Source: Candidatus Woesearchaeota archaeon (GTDB lineage Archaea; Nanobdellota; Nanobdellia; SCGC-AAA011-G17; GW2011-AR18). Taken from it: DNA of 64,000 nucleotides. Below the pieces are notes generated by a model that saw only the letters and a list, made by a program, of their open reading frames with translations, made no database searches and was not told the DNA's origin. The stretch spans positions 68,482 through 132,481 of the forward strand of contig JAGVZG010000001.1 in NCBI GenBank assembly GCA_018302765.1. The letters are read 5' to 3'. The translations under genes and the position numbers were made by a program. Positions 19,145 through 28,665 of this stretch are shown here, piece by piece; within the stretch, counting starts at the first letter, position 1; every line of letters begins with the position of its first letter.

Positions 19145-21649
19145 ATGGGAAAGGTTTTGAACTACGTAGGTAGAGGCATAAGAAATTTTGTTAGAAGGCA
19201 CAAGAAAGGGATTTCGCTAGCTGGAGCTTTAGTATTTGGCACTTCTGCTGCTTTAACTTGTGGCATTTATAAGTATATAACTACTCCTCCAAAGGATTTT
19301 GGAAGAGTAGGGCAATACTGGCATACTTACAAAGAACGTGAAAAATTAAAAAGTATAGAAAATAATGGTGCTTTAGAAAATAAGTTGAATATAAATAGAA
19401 AAGATAATGGTTCTTCAGGCGGGGCTTATCCTGATCCTAATATAATAGGCATTTGGCCGTTAACTCCGGATAACGGAATTAAGGTAGTTACTTCCAGTGG
19501 CAGAGAAATTGTTACTAGATACGCCACTTGGAACTATGCTTCTTTGGATGAAGTACCTAAAACTGTTATAAATTCTGTTTTAAGTGTAGAAGATGCAGAC
19601 TATCTTGAGCATAAAGGAGTAAACTGGAATTTAAGGAAGATTAAGGGTTTATTTTCTCCTATTCTTGGTGGAAGACGTGTTGGTGGAAGTGGCATAACAG
19701 AACAAGTATCTAAAATGATGTTTACTGATTTTGGTAAGATAAAGCCTAGGAGATCAGCAATGCAGAAACTTCGTGAGTTGCGTTATGCTTATTATTTAGA
19801 TAGTGTGCTTGGCAAGGAACAAGTATTAGAATTTTATTTGAATACAACGCCATTAGGAGACAGTTGTTATGGCGTAAAGTGCGCTGCTATGAATTACTTT
19901 GGTAAGGAACTGAGTAATTTAACTTTTCCTGAGAGTTTGTTTTTAGCAGCAATTATTAAAAATCCAGGAGCAAATCCAAAGAATAGTGGTTTTGAATTTC
20001 AAAAACGTAGATATGACATGCTCTGTGAGTCTTTGCACGATCTTGAAAGGATTACTGAAGATCAATATAAGGAGTGCAAATCTGCAGATGTGATTAAAAT
20101 GAAGCCTGGCTTAAAAAGAAGAAGATCTCCAATAAGTGATCCTAGTGTTTTTAGTGCTTTGGCTTATGAATTAGAAAATTATGATTTTGATTTAGTTGAC
20201 AATGTTGTTCATCAGCCAAATCCAGGTTTTGGGTTTACAGTTTATACTACAATAAATGATGAGATGCATGACGCTTTAGGCCAAGCATTTGTGGATGGAC
20301 TTAAACCAAATCAAGAACAGGTTCAACTTGGCGCTGGCGCTGTGCTGAATAGCGAGGCTCAAATAGTTGCTATTTTAGGCAGGACAGACTACAGTACGCT
20401 AAGCGGAGCTTGGAGTTTTAGGAATCTTGCTGTAGCTGGGAGACGTGCTGCTGCTTCTTCAATAAAGCCTTTTGTTTATGGTTCTTGCTATGACCAAGAG
20501 AATTCAAATATTACATGCAAACCAGGCAATGTTATTTCTGATTCTAAAAAAGGATTGAGAAATCCTCCTCATAATTTTGATGGAAAGTATGAAAGAAGAA
20601 TGTCTTTAGCAGAAGCTTTAACTTCATCGAATAATGTAATAGCTTATAAAGTGTGTCGTAGAATTGGACTTAGAAATGTACTTCCAGTTATAGAAGCTGT
20701 TGGATTTGATGTTGCTGAATATGAAACAGTATTTAGGGACTGCAGAAATACTGCTTTAGGCTCAGGGCGTGTAACTCCTTTAGAACTTGCTGCTGCTTAT
20801 CGTGTTTTTGTAAAAGACGATGATGGTAATTTTTCTGCAGAATATAGAAAGCCAACAATTATTGATAGGGTTGATTTATGGTCTTTTAATTACAAAGTAA
20901 ATCTATCTGCAACAAAAGTTTTTCGTAGTGCTAACACAGTTGAATCTGTTAGAATTAGCTTAGACAGGCTTGGAAATAAAATTGTTGGCAGTAAATATGA
21001 AGCAGATATAGGTTTTAAGACTGGCACTCCAAACCCCACTACACATTGGTATTTAGGTGGAGTTCTTGACCTTGATAGTGTTTCTTATTCTATAGGTTTT
21101 CTGGCTGTGGCTAAACCTAAAGTTGTACCTTCAAAAAAAAATCCTAAGGTTTTAGTAAAAGTTTATCCTAATAAGTTGTATGCTAGTGGCGTTCTTGGTC
21201 CTGTGGTAAAAAGTTTTGTTGACGGAGTTGCTCCTAGAAAAGAAATGAAGCCTATTGATCTATATGTTCCTGCTGTTGCTAGCTTGGACAGCGTATGCAG
21301 TAATTATAATTTAGCAAGCGTTGAGCTAACTTTGCCTAGTGCTGATAATCACGATCTTGAGACACTGGGAGATATTTTAAGTGCTTGCTCTTCTTATTTT
21401 TCTGCTAATAATGAAAATGAAAAGTATGGCTTATTTTCTTACGCTGCAGGCCGTGTCTGGGAGACTTTGTACAGTAATGAAGCAACGTCTTCTCCAGGCA
21501 GCAAAACTGCTTTGCTTTACTATAGCAGTGCAATTAATTCTTATAAAACAGCTGTTCAGGAAGACAGTTTTAGTAGTTTAGCTGAAGAAAGAATTAGAGA
21601 TTTAAAGATTAAAAGAGAACAGGAAGCTAATAGAATTCATGCAGATTAA
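19145..21649 (+). CDS. class A penicillin-binding protein (bifunctional GT51 peptidoglycan glycosyltransferase / D,D-transpeptidase), N-terminal TM anchor
   Basis: GT51 motifs EDADYLEHKG, GGSGITEQ, QKLRE and VLEFYLNTTPLG...YGVKCAAMNYFGK...LTFPESLFLAAIIKNP. Transpeptidase motifs SSIKP (SxxK), SSN (SxN) and KTGT appear with canonical spacing. A TM segment lies near the N-terminus. Confidence 0.8.
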   Translation: MGKVLNYVGRGIRNFVRRHKKGISLAGALVFGTSAALTCGIYKYITTPPKDFGRVGQYWHTYKEREKLKSIENNGALENKLNINRKDNGSSGGAYPDPNIIGIWPLTPDNGIKVVTSSGREIVTRYATWNYASLDEVPKTVINSVLSVEDADYLEHKGVNWNLRKIKGLFSPILGGRRVGGSGITEQVSKMMFTDFGKIKPRRSAMQKLRELRYAYYLDSVLGKEQVLEFYLNTTPLGDSCYGVKCAAMNYFGKELSNLTFPESLFLAAIIKNPGANPKNSGFEFQKRRYDMLCESLHDLERITEDQYKECKSADVIKMKPGLKRRRSPISDPSVFSALAYELENYDFDLVDNVVHQPNPGFGFTVYTTINDEMHDALGQAFVDGLKPNQEQVQLGAGAVLNSEAQIVAILGRTDYSTLSGAWSFRNLAVAGRRAAASSIKPFVYGSCYDQENSNITCKPGNVISDSKKGLRNPPHNFDGKYERRMSLAEALTSSNNVIAYKVCRRIGLRNVLPVIEAVGFDVAEYETVFRDCRNTALGSGRVTPLELAAAYRVFVKDDDGNFSAEYRKPTIIDRVDLWSFNYKVNLSATKVFRSANTVESVRISLDRLGNKIVGSKYEADIGFKTGTPNPTTHWYLGGVLDLDSVSYSIGFLAVAKPKVVPSKKNPKVLVKVYPNKLYASGVLGPVVKSFVDGVAPRKEMKPIDLYVPAVASLDSVCSNYNLASVELTLPSADNHDLETLGDILSACSSYFSANNENEKYGLFSYAAGRVWETLYSNEATSSPGSKTALLYYSSAINSYKTAVQEDSFSSLAEERIRDLKIKREQEANRIHAD

Positions 21650-21745
21650 TTTTATATATATGTACTATTATTACTATTGAATATAGCAAATCATTTAAGG
21701 TATGAAAAAATAACCAGACTTTACACACAAAAATTTTTCGTAAGC

Positions 21746-21754
21746 TTTATAAAT
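21746..21754 (+). promoter_or_regulatory. putative archaeal TATA box (TTTATAAAT) for the EF-1alpha operon
   Basis: AT-rich TATA-like element ~49 bp upstream of the ATG. A GAGGGGGA Shine-Dalgarno-like element lies 9-16 nt upstream of the start. Confidence 0.35.
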
Positions 21755-21802
21755 TACTTAAAAATCCAAGTTTTATTGAAATTTTGAGGGGGATATTCAA
21801 AT

Positions 21803-23083
21803 ATGGCTAAGGCAAAACCACATTTAAACGTTGTATTTGTAGGTCACGTAGACCACGGAAAGAGCACTACAGTTGGGAGATTAATGTATGACGCAGGTGT
21901 TATTCCTGAGCAGGATATGAGAAAACTTAAGGAAATGGCTCAGCAGTTAGGAAAGGTTGGTTTTGAATTTGCTTTTGTTATGGATAATCTTAAAGAAGAA
22001 AGAGAGAGAGGAGTTACTATTGATTTAAGCCATAAAAAATTTGACACTCCTAAATTCGAATGTACAATTATAGATGCTCCAGGGCACAGAGATTTCATTA
22101 AAAATATGATTACAGGCGCTAGCCAAGCAGACGTTGCTTTCTTAGTTGTGGCTGCACCTGACGGAGTAATGGCACAAACTAAAGAACATGTTTTCTTGTT
22201 AAAGACTTTTGGTGTAAATCAGATTGCTATTGTTGTTAACAAGATGGACGTAGTAAAATATGACCAAGCTAGATTTAATAAAGTAAAGGAAGATGTAAGT
22301 GCTTTGTTAAAGTCTGTTGGATACAAGCCAGATCAAGTTAAGTTTATTCCAGCTGCTTCTTTCTTAGGAGATAACGTAGTGAAGAAGAGTACAAATATGT
22401 CTTGGTATACTGGATCAACTATCTTAGAACAAATAGATAATTTCAGTCCTCCTGAAAAACCAACAAACTTGCCGCTAAGATTGCCTTTGCAAGATGTTTA
22501 TAATATTACAGGCATTGGCGTTGTTCCAGTTGGTAGAGTTGAAACTGGAGTAATGAAAGTTGGCGATAAAGTGATTATAGTTCCTGGAAGGGAAGGAACT
22601 GGTATAAAAGGAGAAGTTAAAACTATTGAGATGCATCACGAGCAAATACAAGAGGCTGTTCCAGGTGATAATATAGGATTTTCAGTCAGAGGAGTTAATA
22701 AAAAAGATATTGCTAGAGGAGATGTTGTAGGACATGAAAATAATTCACCAATAGTTGTAAGTGAGTTTACAGCACAGATAGTTGTTTTAAATCATCCTAC
22801 AGTATTGACAGTTGGATACACTCCTGTATTTCATATACACACTGCACAAGTTGCTTGCCAATTTGTTAAGTTGTTAGCAAAACTTGATCCTGCAACAGGA
22901 CAAGTAATGCAAGAAAATCCTGACATGCTAAAGAACGGAGATGCAGCTAGGGTTGTTATAAAACCTACAAAACCTTTAGTAATTGAGAAACAGAAAGATA
23001 TACCTCAAATGAGTAGGTTTGCAGTTAGAGATGCAGGTCAAACTGTTGCTGCAGGCATGTGTATTGATTATGTGAAAAAGTAA
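21803..23083 (+). CDS. tuf: translation elongation factor 1-alpha (aEF-1A)
   Basis: 426 aa. [14 protein letters not shown] and the FKYAWV-like segment ([22 protein letters not shown]) are diagnostic of the archaeal/eukaryotic EF-1alpha form. Confidence 0.95.
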   Translation: MAKAKPHLNVVFVGHVDHGKSTTVGRLMYDAGVIPEQDMRKLKEMAQQLGKVGFEFAFVMDNLKEERERGVTIDLSHKKFDTPKFECTIIDAPGHRDFIKNMITGASQADVAFLVVAAPDGVMAQTKEHVFLLKTFGVNQIAIVVNKMDVVKYDQARFNKVKEDVSALLKSVGYKPDQVKFIPAASFLGDNVVKKSTNMSWYTGSTILEQIDNFSPPEKPTNLPLRLPLQDVYNITGIGVVPVGRVETGVMKVGDKVIIVPGREGTGIKGEVKTIEMHHEQIQEAVPGDNIGFSVRGVNKKDIARGDVVGHENNSPIVVSEFTAQIVVLNHPTVLTVGYTPVFHIHTAQVACQFVKLLAKLDPATGQVMQENPDMLKNGDAARVVIKPTKPLVIEKQKDIPQMSRFAVRDAGQTVAAGMCIDYVKK

Positions 23084-23091
23084 ATTTAACT

Positions 23092-23110
23092 TCTTTTTTT
23101 AATTTTTAAT
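23092..23110 (+). terminator. T-rich tract downstream of EF-1alpha (archaeal oligo-T terminator-like)
   Basis: cttctttttttaatttttaa lies immediately after the stop. Confidence 0.25.
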
Positions 23111-23185
23111 ATAAAATCAAGAAAGTATAAATTCTGTAAAACTGAACTAAGAAAGCTTTAAAAATAGTCGTCTTTTCTAAATGTC

Positions 23186-23497
23186 ATGCAAAAAGCAAGA
23201 ATAAAATTGGCAAGCGCTGAAATTGACTTACTCAATGAAGTAGTTAATTCTATAGTCGATATAGCTAAAAAAACTAATACTGTTATTAGAGGACCAATTC
23301 CTTTGCCAACTAAGAAATTAAAAATAACCACTAGAAAGTGCCCTTGCGGCGACGGCAGGGCTAGTTTTGATAGGTTTGAAATGAGAGTTCATAAAAGACT
23401 AATTGATTTAGGCGTTGATGAGAGAGCATTAAGATTAGTTATGAGAGTTCCTTTACCAAAAGGGGTGAACATAGAAATAAACCTTTTGGAGAAGTAA
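23186..23497 (+). CDS. rps10: 30S ribosomal protein S10
   Basis: 103 aa. The conserved tuf-rps10 order of archaea is present, and [11 protein letters not shown] matches the S10 loop. Confidence 0.85.
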   Translation: MQKARIKLASAEIDLLNEVVNSIVDIAKKTNTVIRGPIPLPTKKLKITTRKCPCGDGRASFDRFEMRVHKRLIDLGVDERALRLVMRVPLPKGVNIEINLLEK

Positions 23498-23956
23498 ATG
23501 ACTAGAGAATTAGAATTAATGTTGGGCGTTGACCTTGCTGGTGAAAATGCACCAAATAGATTAGCTATTTTTCTAAATGATTTTGTTAAAGTATTACATT
23601 CTCCCAATTTAAGAGTTTTTCAATTTCATCCTTTGCCTTCTAAGAAAGGAGATAACTATAGAAGATTAATATCCTTAGGTTCTCATGAAGTTCCTCTCGA
23701 TGTTTTTAGTCAAAGTGACTGGGGTCCAAAGGTTTCTTTGTATGATGCTGTAAGAAAGGATAGATTTTTTTCTTTTGAGTTAAATTATGGTAGGATTGTT
23801 CCTGTTGAAATTCTTCCAGACAATTTACTTCCAGGTAACTATCTTTTGATGGAATTGCATAATGGAAATAGTCATAAATCTTATCATATTCTATATTTAG
23901 ATGAAGGATTACAAGAGTTTGCTTTTTCTGGCGGACCAAAGTATAAGAAACAGTAA
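23498..23956 (+). CDS. hypothetical protein
   Basis: 152-aa ORF that starts directly at the S10 stop. Confidence 0.4.
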   Translation: MTRELELMLGVDLAGENAPNRLAIFLNDFVKVLHSPNLRVFQFHPLPSKKGDNYRRLISLGSHEVPLDVFSQSDWGPKVSLYDAVRKDRFFSFELNYGRIVPVEILPDNLLPGNYLLMELHNGNSHKSYHILYLDEGLQEFAFSGGPKYKKQ

Positions 23957-24304
23957 TTATAAGAATTCTACTTCAGTTTCTAATTCTTGTTCATCTGGAA
24001 TAAATTCTACAATTGCAGGTATTAAGTTTTTGGATTTTATTTCTTGTTTATGTCTAAGAACAATTCTTCTGGATGTCCATAATCTGTAATGTTTTTCATC
24101 GACTAAAATATCTTGCTTATTTATTCTAAGATCTTGGCATATTTCTGTTCTTAAGTGCTTTAGCTTTTCTATTTCCTCTTGTTTGTTTTTTTGTTTTAGG
24201 TATTCTGTATAATTGAAAGAAGGTTTTTCTGTATATATTGCCCCTCTTATTATTGTTCCTTGTTCTGTTTTTAGATCAAATTTTGCTTTTTTAAACTCTT
24301 TCAT
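23957..24304 (-). CDS. hypothetical protein (charged, Lys/Glu-rich)
   Basis: 115-aa ORF. Confidence 0.35.
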   Translation of the reverse strand: MKEFKKAKFDLKTEQGTIIRGAIYTEKPSFNYTEYLKQKNKQEEIEKLKHLRTEICQDLRINKQDILVDEKHYRLWTSRRIVLRHKQEIKSKNLIPAIVEFIPDEQELETEVEFL

Positions 24305-24339
24305 GGGATTGTTTCTTTAGGAAAAGATTTAAATATTAG

Positions 24340-25383
24340 TTGCATTTATTTTTATACCTTGATGGTGATAACATAAATAAGATGGCAAGAGAAATTAAAC
24401 GTACAAGATTTGGAGATGGTCCTAATGATATTCTTGTTATAGAGATTGATACAGGAGATGAAGGAGGCGCCAAGGAAGTTGAACCAAGTTCATCTGCTCA
24501 TTGCCTTGCAATAAAATATTTGCATGAAAGTATGAATACAGTTTATCCAGATAGCTATGTTAAATATAGGGTTGCTTTGTACGACGCTGCTAATCTTGCA
24601 CATAAGAACAGGGTTGGTTCAAGTAATGTTAAAGAGGGCAGAACAGTAGGATACGTTAAACCTTATGAAGGTATAAATCCTGAAATACTTCTTCTTAACC
24701 CTAGTGTTGTTAGCTATACTTTTTCAGTTTTGGAGCGCTGTAGAAAGGATCCTAAAAGATCGCTTAACGGGCAATCTTATATTAAACTAGAGAACCTTGT
24801 TAGATCAACTTTAGAGAAAAGAAGAAGGCTGGAAGCGCAAGATTTAGAGACTGGTTTAATTGAGACAGTTTACAGCCCTTTTATTTCTAATGTGCCAGAT
24901 GACTTTAAGATTGAAGCAGCAGTTTTGGATTATCTTATAAACCAGGGAGTGCCGCCTACTTTTGTTCCTGTAGAATATGAAATGCCAATTTCCCAGCTTT
25001 ATAATTCTGTACCTAAAAATCACCCTAAGGTAAGTAAAGATTTTCAGGCAGGTATTTTAACTGCATTAAATCTTGTTAGTACACAATTAGCTTCTTTTGT
25101 TAAGACGTTATCACCTGATGCTAAAAATGCAACTGCAATTAAAAAGAGTCAGTTTTTTTCTGCAATAATGGATTTGAATAAAGGAAAGTCACTTATTCCT
25201 GATTCATGTATGCATCAACTACTTGAGGTTTATGATAGATTTACTGGAGCAAAAATTTTTGATGATGGAAGTAAGCCTCCTATGTTTTACCTTAATAGGC
25301 CAGGTAATCATTTTTTAACAAGTTTAACTATACGTATGATAATTAAAGAACTAGAGAAAAAAGAATTTATAGTTGTTGGTTAA
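24340..25383 (+). CDS. hypothetical protein
   Basis: 347-aa ORF. The true start is possibly at the internal MAREIK (24382). Confidence 0.45.
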   Translation: MHLFLYLDGDNINKMAREIKRTRFGDGPNDILVIEIDTGDEGGAKEVEPSSSAHCLAIKYLHESMNTVYPDSYVKYRVALYDAANLAHKNRVGSSNVKEGRTVGYVKPYEGINPEILLLNPSVVSYTFSVLERCRKDPKRSLNGQSYIKLENLVRSTLEKRRRLEAQDLETGLIETVYSPFISNVPDDFKIEAAVLDYLINQGVPPTFVPVEYEMPISQLYNSVPKNHPKVSKDFQAGILTALNLVSTQLASFVKTLSPDAKNATAIKKSQFFSAIMDLNKGKSLIPDSCMHQLLEVYDRFTGAKIFDDGSKPPMFYLNRPGNHFLTSLTIRMIIKELEKKEFIVVG

Positions 25384-25430
25384 TTCTTTAGAACAAACTA
25401 TTTAAATTTGTATTTCTCTTTATTTAAGAG

Positions 25431-25748
25431 GTGATGTTAATGTCTGAATTTGTCAAAGTAGCAGGTGTTGATGAAATAAAAAATGGTAAGATGAAGAGCT
25501 TTTCTGTTAATGGAAGTAAATTGTTAATAGCAAATGTTGATGGAAAATATTATTCTATGTGTTCTGTTTGTACTCACAAAGGTGGTCCTTTAGAGTATGG
25601 CAAACTTAATGGCAATATAGTGACTTGCCCGTGGCATGGTGCTGAATTTGATGTTACAAACGGGAAAGTTTTGAAAGGGCCTGCTGAGAAGAATGAAAAA
25701 AAATATGAAGTAAAGATACAAGGTAATGATATATTAGTTAAAATTTAA
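25431..25748 (+). CDS. Rieske [2Fe-2S] domain protein
   Basis: CSVCTHKGGPL (CxH) and CPWHGAEF (CxxH) with canonical spacing; 105 aa. Confidence 0.75.
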   Translation: MMLMSEFVKVAGVDEIKNGKMKSFSVNGSKLLIANVDGKYYSMCSVCTHKGGPLEYGKLNGNIVTCPWHGAEFDVTNGKVLKGPAEKNEKKYEVKIQGNDILVKI

Positions 25749-26156
25749 TATTTGTTGATATTAATTTGGGAGCGTTTGGGCTTCTGATATTTAGAAGCAT
25801 TTTTCCTGGAAATTGATCTGAATGGTATAAACAGTAAGTTATATTTGTTTTATATTTATTATTTATTTTTTTAATAATATTACTTAATTCTTTTAAATCC
25901 ACTTCTGTAATATGGGTGTTTCCTAGATTGAAATCTATTTCTAAATCGTTTTTTGATATTAGTTTAGAAGGAATTTTTCCGTATAGTTTGAATTTTATTG
26001 ATATTATATTTTTAATTATACTATTTAAGAATTCTTTATTTTTGAATGGCTTTTGTGTATTAATTTTGGTTCACCCTAAACTATTTAGATTTTTATTTTA
26101 TTTAAAATTATCTGTAAAGCGAAAGGTTAATTTATTACCTATTTTTTGATTTTACC

Positions 26157-26702
26157 ATGAGAAAATTAATTTTAGTATTGTTTTTTATCTTAGCTGTTTC
26201 TTCAGTTTTTGCTGGCTGTTCTGGACAAAGTAATACATCTTTGCCTATGGGTCATAGTGTTCAGGATGTTGGAAATGACAAAGGAGATGTAGCTCCTGAT
26301 TTCAGTGTTAAACTTATTGATGGTACAGATTTTAAATTAAGTGATTACAAAGGTGAGAAACCAGTTTTACTTTATTTCTGGGCTACTTGGTGCCCTTATT
26401 GCAAGGAAGATTTTTCTGTTGTGAAAAATGTTTATCCTAAATATAAAGACGGTGTTGAGTTTTTAGCAATGGATTTGGATTCTAGTGAAGACATTGAATC
26501 TATTAAGGAATATGTTAATAAAATGGGTTTGCATGATATTAAGTTTACAACTGCTCAATCAAGTGTATTAGTTGATTATGGAGTTCATTCTACTACAACT
26601 AAATACGCTATTGGCAGAAATGGTCTTATTTTATGGAAGGGTAGTGGGGCAGTAGATGAAGAAACTTGGGAGACAATATTTACAGGTTTGAAGAATTCTT
26701 AG
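26157..26702 (+). CDS. TlpA/ResA-like thioredoxin-fold lipoprotein
   Basis: Signal peptide followed by Cys (VFAGCSG) and a WCPYC thioredoxin active site (FWATWCPYCKED). Confidence 0.7.
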   Translation: MRKLILVLFFILAVSSVFAGCSGQSNTSLPMGHSVQDVGNDKGDVAPDFSVKLIDGTDFKLSDYKGEKPVLLYFWATWCPYCKEDFSVVKNVYPKYKDGVEFLAMDLDSSEDIESIKEYVNKMGLHDIKFTTAQSSVLVDYGVHSTTTKYAIGRNGLILWKGSGAVDEETWETIFTGLKNS

Positions 26703-26910
26703 ATTTTTGAATATTTAGACAATTTTATAAACTAATTATGTTCATTCAGATCACGCTGATGTTTTCCGATGTTCTAATTTTACACTGTTTTTGTGTTTTA
26801 AACTTTATATCTTTGTTTCTTGCTTAGCTGTGCAATGGAACACTTGACTTATAGATGTCATAGTTTTCTAAAACCTTATCTACATAATAAAGACGTGACT
26901 TATATTTAAG

Positions 26911-26936
26911 CTCATCCCTGTTTTTCTAATATTTGT
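26911..26936. repeat. 26-bp direct repeat CTCATCCCTGTTTTTCTAATATTTGT (copy 1 of 2, flanking the Fic gene)
   Basis: Exact copy also at 27899-27924. Confidence 0.85.
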
Positions 26937-27003
26937 GCTATATTTACCCCTACATTTTGTATAAAATGGTAATATTTATATAGTTGTAGAGGTAGTTATT
27001 TGT

Positions 27004-27894
27004 ATGGTTTTGATAAGAAAAAAATCAATAGATAGCAAGGAGTATTATTATTTGGAACATTCATTTAGAGAAGCAGGTTCTGTCAAAAAAAAAGAACTTT
27101 ACTTAGGAACTGAGATTCCCAAAAATATTGAAGAAATCAAGATAAAATTTACTGAAGAAATATATAAAGAAAGATGGAGTAAAACATTAGAAGAGATAAA
27201 AAAAGAGTATAATAAAGAAAATAGATCAATACCAGAATCGTTAACTGAAAAAGAAATAGAATCTTTTATGATTAAATTTACTTATAATACTCAAAGGATA
27301 GAAGGTTCAAGGTTAACATTAAGAGAAACTGCAAATTTATTAGAAAAAGGAATAACGCCCAAAGAAAAACCTGTTAGAGATGTTAGAGAAGCAGAAGCAC
27401 ATAAAAAAGTATTCTATGAAGTGTTAAAATTCAAAAAAGACTTGTCATTAGATTTAATTCTTCATTGGCATAGAATGTTGTTTTTAGAAACAAAAAAAGA
27501 TATGGCTGGAATACTAAGAAAACACCAGGTTGCAATATCTGGGAGTAAGTTTATACCTTCCTCTCCTGTAGAAGTTTATTTATTATTAAGGGAATTCTTT
27601 AAATGGTATGAAAAAAATAAAAGTAAGATAAATCCTGTAGAATTAGCAGCATGCGTTCATTTAAAATTTGTTACAATACACCCATTTGGAGATGGGAATG
27701 GGAGAATATCAAGACTGATGATGAATTTTGTTCTCAAAAAAAATAAATATCCAATGTTAAATATAAAATATGAAGGAAGAAATAGTTATTATAATGCGCT
27801 TGAAAGATCGCAAGTAAAGAAAAATGAAGGAATATTTATACAATGGTTTATAAAAACTTATATAAAAGAAAATAAAAGATATTTGAAGAAATAA
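27004..27894 (+). CDS. fic: Fic-family protein (AMPylase-type) with putative inhibitory helix
   Basis: Fic motif HPFGDGNGRISR (HPFx[DE]GNGR). An upstream TQRIEG matches the [ST]xxxE[GN] auto-inhibition motif. Confidence 0.8.
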   Translation: MVLIRKKSIDSKEYYYLEHSFREAGSVKKKELYLGTEIPKNIEEIKIKFTEEIYKERWSKTLEEIKKEYNKENRSIPESLTEKEIESFMIKFTYNTQRIEGSRLTLRETANLLEKGITPKEKPVRDVREAEAHKKVFYEVLKFKKDLSLDLILHWHRMLFLETKKDMAGILRKHQVAISGSKFIPSSPVEVYLLLREFFKWYEKNKSKINPVELAACVHLKFVTIHPFGDGNGRISRLMMNFVLKKNKYPMLNIKYEGRNSYYNALERSQVKKNEGIFIQWFIKTYIKENKRYLKK

Positions 27895-27898
27895 GTTC

Positions 27899-27924
27899 CT
27901 CATCCCTGTTTTTCTAATATTTGT
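27899..27924. repeat. 26-bp direct repeat (copy 2 of 2)
   Basis: Identical to 26911-26936. Confidence 0.85.
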
Positions 27925-28078
27925 ACAAATATAGATCCTTTAATTCGTTTTGGAAAAATTTTTAGCTATCTCTCTTGAAGTTAAACTAAACTATGAATTT
28001 CCGCAAGGGTATGCTCATACTATCTAAATAAAACTTTGAAATTTTAAAAATTTAAGATGAATAGTCGCCAGAAATCTA

Positions 28079-28665
28079 GCGAGCTTCTAAATTGAGAAAT
28101 TATTTAATTAAGCTCGCGACCACTCTTTAGAGTGGAGTGAATGGTGTGTAGAAACATTATTCTAGAAATAGTTTAGGAATAATGCTGGTAAAGTGATGCA
28201 TCCCGAAGGAGGCAACGATGAGCATCTACTAGCAAAATACTCATGCACATTCAATCGCATGGAGCACATGGCATTTTGAATGGTGCACTAAGTATTGGTA
28301 TAATATATTCAGGCAAGACTACATTAAAAATCTTTGCCTGATTGCAATAAGCGAAGCTGCAAAGAAGAATAAGATAGAAATTATGGAAATTGAAGTGGAT
28401 GTAGATCACATTCATCTTATTGCTTCAATTCCACTAACAATGGCGCCTAGTAAAGCACTAAACTTAATCAAAGGATTTAGTGCTTACTTATTGTTTAAGA
28501 TTGTACCAAATCTCAGGCTTAGATATAGAAAAGGACATTTATGGAGCAAGGGAAAATTTGCAGCAAGTGTTGGGCATATAACTTTAGAAAATGCGAAAAA
28601 ATATCTCGAGGAGCATCACGCCAAATCAATTAAAGGAATCTCCACCCTTTAGGGTGTGAGAGGAT
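28079..28665 (+). mobile_element. IS200-like (tnpA-only IS200/IS605 family) element with subterminal hairpins
   Basis: Left hairpins GCGAGCTT/AAGCTCGC (28079-28117) and CCACTC-TTTA-GAGTGG (28120-28135). A similar CACCC-TTTA-GGGTG hairpin sits at the tnpA stop (~28645-28660). An HUH/Y1 transposase ORF lies in between. Confidence 0.55.
28233..28652 (+). pseudogene. tnpA: IS200/IS605 family transposase TnpA (HUH Y1), N-terminally degenerate or frameshifted
   Basis: The C-terminal two-thirds is conserved (EIEVDVDHIHLI HUH motif; GHLWSKGKFAASVG; catalytic Tyr region KKYLEEH). The in-frame upstream part has no ATG, and an ATG is found only in another frame. Confidence 0.55.

Noticed and set aside
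25916-26149. 77-aa plus-strand ORF in the 25749-26156 gap
   Set aside because: It is extremely Phe/Leu/Ile-rich with no motif. The opposite strand carries a longer stop-free frame, and neither is convincing as a gene.
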